Source of the DNA: Leucoraja ocellata
Taxonomy: Eukaryota
Direction: 5' to 3'
DNA: 64,000 bases
Assembly: GCA_036785375.1 (NCBI GenBank)
Contig: JAWMAR010000081.1
Span: forward strand, 3,100,001-3,164,000
In this document: in pieces, positions 53,867 to 64,000 of the stretch
Layout: every line of letters begins with the position of its first letter
Position numbering within the stretch: the stretch's first letter is position 1
Notes under the pieces: generated by a model
Told to the model about the DNA's origin: nothing
The model's input: the letters and a program-made list of their open reading frames with translations, nothing else
Databases searched by the model: none
Made by a program: the position numbers and the translations under genes

Positions 53867-54007
53867 ACATATATTGCTATCAATGGCTCAATGGTTGAAT
53901 GAAACCATTATGGTCAGGCCATAACCTCTTGGTCTTTGACTCTGCATATGTGTTCAATCCAAACCCCAAATCTGTAAAAGCTATAACAAGAGATGCTGAT
54001 GTTACAA
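53867..54007 (+). pseudogene. Repeat exon with in-frame TGA (141 nt): ...KPLWSGHNLLVFDSAYVFNPNPKSVKAITRDADVT
   Basis: aaacag acceptor, family length 141, TGA at 53896-53898, weakened donor ACA A|GTAT. Confidence 0.65.
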
Positions 54008-54814
54008 GTATTATCGACCATGTTTGTATGTTGATTGTTCGTAGTTGTGCTAAATTAAAAGTTTAAACTTCAGCTTAGAAATTCGGTTGCATGAAAATTG
54101 ATTGTGTCTTGAGTGCAACACACTTGTGACCATTTCAGGGACAAATATGACCAGTCATTTCCACTAGTGATTTGATGCTGTTTCCATTATCATTCTGGTG
54201 CGATGCCCCTTTAAAGCTTTGACCGGCACGAGCTAGCCTTGGGCATACTAGGAACAACCAGATTTTTACAATTCTGCTATTTCTTTAGTAGCTTGATTTA
54301 AAGAAGGCTCTCTTAAATTGGACCCTCCCAACACTAGGAGCCCAATTTGAGCAGGGGCATATTAATTTAGTTAGTACTAGCTCTCATCATGCTCTGCCAA
54401 CCCACCCATCTCACTCAACCAACAGACCCCCAGTCCCTACTCCTCAACCAAATGATGACCTTTAGCTAACGCCACACCATCGCTTCACCTCACCACTGAA
54501 TACCAACACAGCCATGACTTAATTGGACTCTCAATCATGCACTCCCAAGACCATGAAGGGGTGTTCAAATACCATTCTATCCATGTATCCCAATCAGATT
54601 CCTACACTCTCTACAACTCAATTAGCTCTGGACACATCCCTGCAGCAACCCCCTGTCCCTCTCCCTGCTCAATTTCTATATTCCTGTCTCTGCCTGTCCA
54701 TTTTCTATCCCTTGAGACACTTCTCCCAGACCCCAGTCAACCATCGACTTCGCCAAACAGCCAACATCCACACTGCCACACCCCTCTTTTTGCTTTCACT
54801 CAAGCATCCTGCAA

Positions 54815-55186
54815 GATGATTGCTGTCGTATGTCGGGGCATTGAGTGTAAGAGTCCGGAGGTCATGATGCAGCTTAAAATTATGAATGGCATAGGTAGGA
54901 TGGAAAAATCAAATACTAGAGGACCTAGCCTTTCAGGTGAGAGGGGCAAAGTTTAAAGGAGATGTGCGGGGCAGGTTTACGCAAAGGGTGGTGAATGCCT
55001 GGAATACGAAGTCGGGGGGTGGTGCTTGAGACAAATATGATAGTGGCATTTAAGAGACCTTTGAATCAGCATATGGATATGCAAGAAATGGAGGGTTATG
55101 TATTATGTGTAGGTAGATAAGAGATTGTCTAGCATCATGTTTGGCTGAAGGGCCTGTTCTTGTGCTTCACTGTTCTATGTTCTATA
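54815..55186 (+). mobile_element. CR1 LINE 3' fragment with internal deletion
   Basis: RGIECKSPEVMMQL joined to SNTRG..L..RG, QRVVNAWN, (ttctatg) tail. Confidence 0.75.
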
Positions 55187-55874
55187 ACAGTTCATGGGCC
55201 TCGCAGCCACACAAGACTGTTTGTGCCTCCTTGTGTACTGATTTTGTTACTCATCAGCCGTTTACAACGTCAAATCCAAAGTGATTAAATTTGTAGACCT
55301 TTGTCAGAAATTTTCATTTAAATGCTGTGCTTATGGTGCATTTGTTAGTTTGTGTGAATCTTTGTTGCAATTCATTCAGTGTCAATTCATACCATATATT
55401 AAGGGAGCAATCCACTGCATATCTGTATTTACCCATCTTGCCTATCTTTGTTGGTTTAGTTTGTCAATGTGCTTACTTATTGACTTTGGAGTTTGTCTGT
55501 CTGTTCAGTGTTTGTGAACGGATTATGACTTTATTGTTGTGAGATTTATTGAATGATAATTAGCTTTGATGTAGTGAAACACTATTGCATGGATTATTTG
55601 TTGTTAAATCACTCATATTTGATGCATTATGATATACATGCAATTCATTAGTCATTGTGTTATACATTGTTTAGCAGCAAAAGAAAAGAAAAATGCTTTT
55701 CATAATAAATGGTTGCAATTGAATATGTATGTTTTTATAATGAACAAATTACCTTTTGGTTTATTTTATATTCTAATGGCATCGACGAATCAAACAATAT
55801 CAGCAAAATAATAAATGATTTATTTTAATGAGAGGTTAAGAATTTTTGTGTCTGGCTTCTTTCTTATTCCCCAG

Positions 55875-56012
55875 GCTACATGGAGCCAACCGCTGACACT
55901 CCTAACATGTTCAGAACAAGTTCAGGGACTAAATCACAAATCATTGACACTCCTGTGTTCACTTCGATCCCTGAATCTGTACCAACTAAAATACGAGTTA
56001 CTGAAGTTACAG
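55875..56012 (+). CDS. Exon R15 (138 nt): (G)YMEPTADTPNMFRTSSGTKSQIIDTPVFTSIPESVPTKIRVTEVT
   Basis: ttctttcttattccccag acceptor, ACA G|GTAC donor, symmetric phase 1; frame differs from listed ORF 55815. Confidence 0.85.
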
Positions 56013-56614
56013 GTACTTCTGACAATATTTGTGTCTGAACTTGGGAGTGAGGTAAATCATAGTTGCATGTTGAAATTTGTGCTTAAGTGTCTGAAAGTGG
56101 AGACACACGCTGCAGTTGCCATGCCACTCCTTTCTAGTTTAGTGTTCAGTCAGTCTGCGTGTGAGATGTATATGTTAAGTCACTGTCTTGCATGGAATCC
56201 ATTCATTCCAGTTGCACAATTTATATGGAATGAACAATCCACTGCAATTCACAAAGACTTGAACCACCTTTGCTTTTTTTCTGATGCATTACTTGTCAAT
56301 GTCCCTTCCTCATCTAGTTTATAGATTGCGCTTGGCTATAATTTGTCATTCAGTTTATTAAATCTACTTTACACCAAAGCTTTTTAGATTATCATTGGCT
56401 TTTGGGTTGTGGAAGCAATGTTATGCATGGACTGTCTGTTGTCATCTCACTCAAATGCAACATTTTCTGTAAATAATTAATTTGTTAATATGTATGGATT
56501 GTTTTATGAAAAGTATATTGTCAATTTGTGTTTGTGTTGGAATTCCGTGGTACCTTGGGGAGGTTTACATGGGAGATGTTTTTTAAAAATCCTGCTACCT
56601 TTTTATTTCCTCAG

Positions 56615-56758
56615 ACCATACAGTATCATCTTCTCAAACTCCTAATGTGGTCACCTTATTGCCAGGTCATAAGCAGCCAGTGTCTGACTCTCCTCCACAT
56701 GTGTTGAATCCAGCCATAAAATCTGAACCAGCTAAAATAAGATTTAGTGAAGTCACAG
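56615..56758 (+). CDS. Exon R16 (144 nt): (D)HTVSSSQTPNVVTLLPGHKQPVSDSPPHVLNPAIKSEPAKIRFSEVT
   Basis: tttttatttcctcag acceptor, ACA G|GTAC donor, symmetric phase 1. Confidence 0.85.
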
Positions 56759-57059
56759 GTACTTTTGACATTACTTGTGTCTTGGGTGTGAGCTCCAGAA
56801 TGCTGTACTATGACAATTATGTGTTCAGGTCACTTGTGTGAAGCCTATATCTTAATGATTATGCATAGGGGGCATTTGTTGCTTCACTGTTTTGCATTCA
56901 ACTAATGCAAAGCCTTGGCACCGATTATAGGAAATAAGCTGTCCAATGCACTCCTTGTGGAATTAATGGATTTCCATGTACCTGCTGGATTATTTAATCA
57001 ATGTGCTTCTTTCATGAAATTTGTGCTCTGCAATTGAGAAGGATAATGAGGTAATGGGG

Positions 57060-57560
57060 AATAGATCAGGAGCGTGATGGAATACTCTCCACTTGCCTGG
57101 ATGAGTGCAGCTTCAACCGCATTCAAGAAACAAGCAGGCTATTATACAGGACATAGTAGCCCACCTGATAGGGAGCCTAATCCAAACCCATCACTGACTT
57201 CACCACTAATGCGTTGTAGCAGGAGTTTATACTGTCGACAGGATGTGTGCAGCAACTCGCCACAATTCCATAGACAGCAGCTTCCAAACCCACAATCACT
57301 TCCAGCTAGAATGACTAAGGCAGGAAAACATGGGGAGATCACCACCTCGAAGTTGCCCTCCCAGCCACACATCATCTTGACGTCGATATATATCACCATT
57401 GCTTCAAATTTGATGGGCAAAATCCTGGCACTTCCTCTCTTCCTGTGTGGATATACCTACAGCTCAAGGTCTGTAGTGGTTCAAGAAGGCATCTGACTCC
57501 CATCTTCTCAAGAGCAATGGACAATCAATTCAGCCTGTAAATTCCACATCCCTTGGATGA
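57060..57560 (+). mobile_element. Old CR1-group LINE 3' remnant
   Basis: RSVMEYSPLAWMSAAST, same family as 42930-43300. Confidence 0.6.
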
Positions 57561-58189
57561 ATACAATTAATGTGTCAGTGTGTTTGCAGGAAATAAATAA
57601 TAGAGGTGGCATGTGGACATTTTTTAAATGAAAGGATTCACTGATAGGAATTAATAATCAAAGAATATAATTTCCATATGAATCAGATTGGTTTATTGTA
57701 GGCAGCTTTACAACTTAAAACACAATGTTGGAAGGTTTGTTGAATGCCGTTTTAAAGGTACCTTCCAGTAGTAATTTGGATAAATACATGAAAGATAAAA
57801 GGAACAGTCAAGGAATAATTGTGTGCATCTCACAATGAACTGCAATAGTCAAAAGGCCTCCTCCAATGCTATAATTTGAATATTCCTGATGAAATAACGT
57901 GTCAACCTGCTGCTGAAATGTTGTGAAGCTTATTGAATGAATATTGTCTTTGAATATTATCTAATGGAGAGTCTAATATCACATAACATTTTTGAATAAC
58001 AATTAAATAACTTTTCATTTTATATTGCACATAAAATGTTGCACTAATTGTTATATTTGAATCCATTGAATATTATTATATGATAACAGAAAAATAAGAC
58101 TGTTCATTTAAGTCTGCTGCAAGGACAACCAGTGAATGCTGCTACCACACAGCTTCAGCAAACTGGTTTTGAGCCTCATTTCAGATCAC

Positions 58190-58842
58190 AGGATCATGTG
58201 ATAGGAGTAGAATTAGGCCATTCGGCCCATCAAGTCTACTTTGCCATTCAATCATGGCTGATCTATCTCTCCCTCCAAACCCCATTTTCCTGCCTACTCC
58301 CCATAACCTCTGACACCCGTACTAATCAAGAATCAATCTAGCTCTGCCTTAAATATATCCATTGACTTTGCCTAAATATATCCATTGACTTGCTAAATAT
58401 ATCCATTGACTTTGCCTTTCGAAATGCATTTCGTTGTCTCTGTACTGTACACTGACAATGACAATTAAAATTAAATTAAATTGAATCTGAATCTCCACAG
58501 CCTTCTGTGGCAAAGGATTCCATGGATTCACCACTCTGACTAAATAAATTTCTCCTCATCTCCTTCCTTAAAGAATGTCCTTTCATTCTGAGATTATGAC
58601 GTCTCGTCATAGACTCTCCCACTGTGGAAACATCCTCTCCGCATTCCCTCTATTCAAGCCTTTCACTACTCTGTACATTTCAAGGAGGTCCCCACCTCAT
58701 TTTTCTAAACTCCAGCGAATATTGGCTCAGTGCCGCCCTCTTATGTTAACCTATTCATTCCTGGGATCATTCTTGTAAACCTCCTCTGGACCCTCTCTAG
58801 AGCCAGTACATCCTTTCTCCGATATGGCGCCCAAAATTGCTC
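58190..58842 (-). mobile_element. CR1 LINE 3' fragment containing a small Rex-type tail insertion (about 58421-58494)
   Basis: Reverse complement of QFWAPYRRKDVLALERVQRRFTRMIPG and VVNPWNPLPQKAVE; inserted gcatttcgttgtctctgtactgtacactgacaatgacaat...tgaatc matches 6206-6270; local triplication of aaatatatccattgact. Confidence 0.8.
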
Positions 58843-59505
58843 TATTTGTGGAGTTAACATTCTTCATGTGACAATATGCATTTTCTCTAGATGCTGCAGT
58901 TTATTAGCCCAACTCAATGTGCTAAACACAAACTGTTGGTTGAACTCAGCGGGTCAGACAGTATCTGTGAAGGGAAACGGACAGATGGCATTTCAGATTG
59001 AGGCCTGTCTTCAGACTGGTGGAGAAGAGGGCAATCACCACTAACCCATCACCTCTTTCTAGCAGCAATCTCCCCTTCACCCCAGTCCAAGGAAGGGTCC
59101 CGACCCAAACCATTCTCTGTCCATTTCCCTCAATGGTTGCTTCCTGACCCCTTGAATTCCTTCAGCTGTTTCTTTCCCATGATTTCAGCATATACAGTCT
59201 CTTGTTTCTTAATAACCGCAATCAATAACTCTAATGTAAGAACTGTGTGGCAAAAGAAGAGCGGTGACCTGTTGGTATGTGAGTGAGTGTTGCAAGGAAA
59301 TAAGAGGCAGTATGGAACTGACGAGATTGCTCTGTTAGGTTCCCCTATAATTCCAATGGACTGGATGACTTTGTTCCGTACTGTATTAAATCATTAAGTA
59401 ATGGTAGTGTTCAATGTGCTAATGTACATAGGAAACTACTAAGCATCAGGTGTACATTTACAAGATATTTAGAATTTTGTAATTTGACTTCCTTTTTATC
59501 CTTAG

Positions 59506-59649
59506 AAGACCATGAATTGTCAACTTCTCACACAACTAAAGTGTTCACTTTAATATCTGGCCATGAGCGGCAAGCCACAGACATTCCCAGTGTGATCAAT
59601 CCAATCCCAGATACTGATCCTGCTAAGATAGGAGAGGCAGAATTTACAG
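59506..59649 (+). CDS. Exon R17 (144 nt): (E)DHELSTSHTTKVFTLISGHERQATDIPSVINPIPDTDPAKIGEAEFT
   Basis: cttcctttttatccttag acceptor (TAG/AAG tandem), ACA G|GTAG donor. Confidence 0.85.
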
Positions 59650-60129
59650 GTAGTCCTAACAATCTGTGTATTCTATGTTTGAAGTAAACAATAGAGTAAA
59701 TAATTAAAAGTGTATGCTTAGGTTTATCACAATTAAGGAAAAAAATCTGGACACGTGCCACAGATGCTATGTTATGCTTTTAAATTAATATTTATGTTAA
59801 TATTTGAATTGGTTGTGTATAAGGCATGGAAGAGCCTGGAAACACAGACATGCTGTGCCCTTAGATGTCTGTCCTTAACTTGCTTCATCATTGTTGGCAA
59901 CAATGTGAGTGATTGCTGCAAGGAAAAAACAGGCGGTATTGAACTGATGGGATCCCTCTGTTAGGTTCTCATATAATTCCCATGGGCTAGTGGAGTTGTT
60001 CCATACTCTATAAATAATTAACTAATGGTAGTGTTCAATGTGCTAATAAACATAGGAAACTACTCGGTGTCAGGTGCACGTTTAGAAGATATTTAGAATT
60101 TTGTAATTTGACTTCCTTTTTATCCTTAG

Positions 60130-60273
60130 AAGACCATGAATTGTCAACTTCTCACACAACTAAAGTGTTCACATTAATATCTGGCTATGAACGGCAAGCT
60201 ACAGACATTCCCAGTGTGATCAATCCAATCCCAGAACTTGATCCTGCTAAGATAGGAGAGGCAGATGTTACAG
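60130..60273 (+). CDS. Exon R18 (144 nt): (E)DHELSTSHTTKVFTLISGYERQATDIPSVINPIPELDPAKIGEADVT
   Basis: Same splice signals as R17, open frame. Confidence 0.85.
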
Positions 60274-60743
60274 GTAGTTCTAACAATCTGTGTATTTTAT
60301 GTTTGAATTAAGCAATGGAGCAAATAATTAAAAATGCATGTTTAGGTTTATCACAATTAAGGGAAATAGTCTGCACACGTGCCACAGATGCCATACTAGG
60401 CTTTTACGTGAAAATTTGTATTGGTTGTGTGTAAGGCATGGAAGAAGCTGGAAAACACAAACATACTGTACACTTAGATGTCTGTCCTTAATTTGCTTCT
60501 TCTTTGCTGGCGACAATGTGAGTGAGTGTTGCAGGGAAATAAGAGGCGGTATGGAATTGATGGGTTCGCTCTGTTAGGTTCCCATATAATTCCAATGGGC
60601 TGGATGGCTTTGTTCCGTACTGTATTAAATAATTAACCAATGTAGTGTTCAATGTGCTAATGTACATAGGAAACTACTAAGCATCAGGTGTACGTTTACA
60701 AGATATTTAGAATTTTGTAACTCGGCTTCCTTTTTATCCTTAG

Positions 60744-60887
60744 AAGACCATGAATTGTCAACTTCTCACACAACTAAACTGTTCACTTTAATATCTGGCT
60801 ATGAACGGCAAGCCACAGACATTCCCAGTGTGATCAATCCAATCCCCGAATCCGATCGTACTAAGATAGTCGAGGCAGATGTTACAG
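60744..60887 (+). CDS. Exon R19 (144 nt): (E)DHELSTSHTTKLFTLISGYERQATDIPSVINPIPESDRTKIVEADVT
   Basis: Same splice signals as R17, open frame; not in the ORF track. Confidence 0.85.
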
Positions 60888-61365
60888 GTAGTTCTAACAT
60901 TCTGTGTATTTTATGTTTGACGTAAGCATGGAGCAAATAATTAAAAGTGCATGCTTATGTTTATCACAATTAAGGAAAAAAGTCTGGACACGTGCCACAG
61001 TTGCCATGTTATGCTTTTACATGAATATTTATATGAATATTTGTATTGGTTGTGTGTAAGCCCATGGAAGAGCCTGGAAAACACAAACATACTGTACACT
61101 TATGGTCTTTCCTTAACTTGCTTCGTCATTGTTGGTGACAATGTGACTGAGTGTTGCAAGGAAATAAGAGGGGGTATGGGACTGATGGGATCGCTCTATT
61201 ATGTTCTCGTATCATTCAAATGAGCTGGATGAGTTTGTTCCGTATTGTATTAAATAATTATGTAATGGTAGTGTTCAATGTGCTGATATACATAGGAAAC
61301 TACTTGGCGCAAGTGTATGTTCAGAAGATATTTAGACATTGGTAATTTGGCTTTTTTATCCTTAG

Positions 61366-61509
61366 AAGACCATGAATTATCAACTTCTCACACAACTAAA
61401 GTGTTCACTTTAATATCTGGCTATGAACGGCAAGCCACAGACATTCCCAGTGTGATCAATCCAATCCCAGAACCTGATCCTACTAATATGGGAGATACAG
61501 ATATTACAG
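61366..61509 (+). CDS. Exon R20 (144 nt): (E)DHELSTSHTTKVFTLISGYERQATDIPSVINPIPEPDPTNMGDTDIT
   Basis: Same splice signals as R17, open frame. Confidence 0.85.
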
Positions 61510-61781
61510 GTAGTTCTAACAATCTGTGTATTTTATGTTTGAAGTAAACAATGAAGCAAATAATTACAAATGCATGCTTAGGTTTATCACAATTAAGGAA
61601 AACAGTCTGGACATGTGCCACAGATGCCAGGTATGCTTTTACATGCATATTTATGTGAATATTTGTAATGGTTATGTGTAAGTTATGGAAGTGCCTGGAA
61701 AACACAAACATACTCAACACACAAATATCTTTCCTTAATTTGCTTCTTCGTTGTTGGCGACGATGTGAGAGAGTGTTGCAA

Positions 61782-63332
61782 CGAACAGTTACTTTGGATT
61801 GGATCCGTCTTCACTCAGGAGGACACAAACAATCTTCCTGATGTACTAGTGGCCAGAGGATCTAGGGTGACGGAGGAACTGAAGGAAATTCACATTAGGC
61901 AGAAAATGGTGTTGGGTAGACTGATGGGACGGAAGTTGATAAATCCCCAAGGCCTGATGCTTTACATCCCAGGGTACCTAACAAAGTGGCTCTAGAAATC
62001 ATGGACGCTTTGGTGATCATTTTCCAATGTTCGAAAGATTCAGGATCAGTTCCTGTGGGTTGGAGGGTAGCTAATGTTATCCCACTTTTTAAGAAAGGAG
62101 GGAAAGAGAAAACAGGGAATTATAGGCTAGTTAGCCTGTCATCGGTGGTGGGGAAGATGCTGGTGTCAATTATAAAAGATGAAATAGGGGCACATTTGAA
62201 TAGCGGTATCAGAATAGGTCCAAGTCAGCATGGAATTACAAAGGGGAAATCACCTTGACTAATCTTCTGGAAATTTCTGAGGATGTAGCTGGGAAAATGG
62301 ACAAGGGAGAGCCAGTGGATGTAGTGTACATGGACTTTCAGAAAGCATTTGATAAGGTCCCACATAGGAGATTAGAGGGCAAAATTAGATCACATGGTAT
62401 AAGGGTAGAGTGCTGACATGGATAGAAAATTGGTTAGCAGGCAGGAAACAAAGAGTAGGGATTGACGGGTCCCTTTCAGAATGGTGACTAATGGTGTACC
62501 GTAAGGCTCGGTCCTGGGACCGCAGCTATTTACAATATATATTAATGATTTGATGAAGGGATTGAAAGTAACATTAGCAAATTTGCAGATGACACAAAGC
62601 TGGGTGGCACTGTGAACGGTGAGGAGGATGATATGAGGATGCAGGGTGACTTGGACAATTTGGGTGAGTGGGCAGATGCATGGGAGATGCAGTTTAATGT
62701 GGATAAATGTGAGATTATCCACATCAGTGGCAAAAACAGGAAGGCAGATTACTATATAAATGGTGACAAGTTGGAAAAAGGGTAAGTACAGTGGGATCTG
62801 GGGAGTCCTTGTTCATCAGTCACTGAAAGTAAGCATGCAGGTACAGCAGGCAGTGAAGAAAGCGAATTACATGTTGGCCTTCATAACAAGAGGAGTTGAA
62901 CATTGGAGCAAAGAGGTCCTTCTGCAGTTGTACAGGGCCCTAGTGAGACCACACCTGGAGTATTATGTGCAGTTTTGGTCTCCAAATTTGAGGAAGGACA
63001 TTCTTGCTATTGAGGGAGTGCAATGGTTCACAAGGTTAATTCCTGGGATGACAAGAATAGGGGCTAAGCCATTTAGAATGGAGATGAGGAAATACCTTTT
63101 CACACAGAGAGTTGTGAGTCTATGGAATTCTCTGCCTCAGAGGGTGGTGGAGGCCGGTTCTCTGGATGCTTTCAAGAGAGAGCTAGATAGGGCTCTTGAA
63201 AATAGCGGAGTCAAGAGATATGGGGAGAAGGCAGGAACGGGGTACTGATTGGGGATGATCAGCCATGATCACATTGAATGGCGGTGCTGGCTCGAAGGGC
63301 CGAATGGCCTACTCCTGCACCTATTGTCTATT
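61782..63332 (+). mobile_element. 5'-truncated CR1 LINE inserted in one tandem unit
   Basis: GSVFTQED, WRVANVIPLFKKG..GNYRLVSL, YMDFQKAFDKVPH, KFADDTK, LVRPHLEY, FTQRVVSLWNSLP; ctattgt tail. Confidence 0.95.
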
Positions 63333-63454
63333 GTATTAAATAATAAAGTAATGATAATGTTCAACATGCTAATATACATAGGAAACTACTTAATGACGGT
63401 GTACATTCAGAAGATGTTTAGAATTTTGTAATTTGGCTTCCTTTTTATCCTTAG

Positions 63455-63598
63455 AAGACCATGAATTGTCAACTTCTCACACAACTAAAGTGTTCTCTTT
63501 TATATCTGGCTATGAACGGCAAGCCACAGACATTCCCAGTGTGACTAATCCAATCCCAGAACCCGATCCTACTAACGCAGGAGAGGCAGAATTTACAG
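63455..63598 (+). CDS. Exon R21 (144 nt): (E)DHELSTSHTTKVFSFISGYERQATDIPSVTNPIPEPDPTNAGEAEFT
   Basis: Same splice signals as R17, open frame. Confidence 0.85.
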
Positions 63599-64000
63599 GT
63601 AGTTCTAACAATATGTGTATTCTATATTTGAAATAAGCAATGGAGTAAATAATTGAAAGTGCATGCTTAGGTTCATCACAATTAAGGAAAAACGTCTGGA
63701 CAGGTGCCACAGTTGCCATACTAGGCCTTTATGTGAATATTTGTTTTGGTTATGTGTAAGGCATGGAAGAGCATGCAAAGCACAGCATACTGTACACTTA
63801 GCTGTCTTTCCTTAACTTGCTTCATCATTGTTGGCAACAATGTGAGAGAGCGTTGGAAGAAAATAAGAGGCGGTATGAAACTGATGAGATTGCTCTGTTT
63901 GGTTCTCATATAATTCTAATGAGCTGGATGACTTTGTTCCTTACTGTATTAAAAAAATTAAGTAATGATTATTTACAATGTGCTAATATTCATAGGAAAC

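Larger units (their letters stand above)
59275..64000 (+). repeat. Tandem array of ~620-bp exon+intron units (at least 5 copies, runs off the window)
   Basis: Exon starts at 59506, 60130, 60744, 61366, 63455 (spacing 624, 614, 622, then 2089 with a CR1 insertion); introns alignable throughout. Confidence 0.95.

Noticed and set aside
46495-56324. ORFs 46495..46998 and 55815..56324 as single-exon genes
   Set aside because: The first is exon R12 plus intronic read-through; the second overlaps R15 in a different frame and lacks coding character
14651-63598. Naming the gene CD44, PTPRC, ABI3BP, KNL1, CCNB3 or a mucin
   Set aside because: Only architectural or short-motif resemblance; no diagnostic domain (Link, FN3, SEA, RVSF, cyclin box) is visible in this window

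Overview
AT-rich vertebrate genomic DNA. The repeat content (many CR1 LINE fragments, HE1-like V-SINEs, Rex1/Babar tails, Penelope-derived inverted repeats, a HERO-type RLE retrotransposon, hAT and Harbinger-like MITEs) suggests a cartilaginous fish, probably a skate or ray; this is an inference. Most long ORFs in the track are decayed retroelement ORF2 pieces or chance ORFs. The main signal is hidden from the ORF track: a + strand gene whose coding region (about 14.6 kb to beyond 64 kb) is an array of about 24 small symmetric phase-1 exons (45-144 nt, all multiples of 3, AG/GT-bounded, mostly ending ACA G|GTA). They splice into one stop-free, Cys-free, S/T/P/E/D-rich repeat polypeptide of about 826 codons. 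The array shows its own history: short diverged exons at the 5' end, longer exons made by a 51-nt internal duplication that kept an in-frame CAG, and five near-identical 144-nt exons in ~620-bp tandem units at the 3' end. At least five dead or transposon-interrupted copies lie between live exons. The gene could not be named; its 5' end is uncertain and its 3' end lies outside the window. Penelope-derived elements carry minimal hammerhead-ribozyme-like cores.
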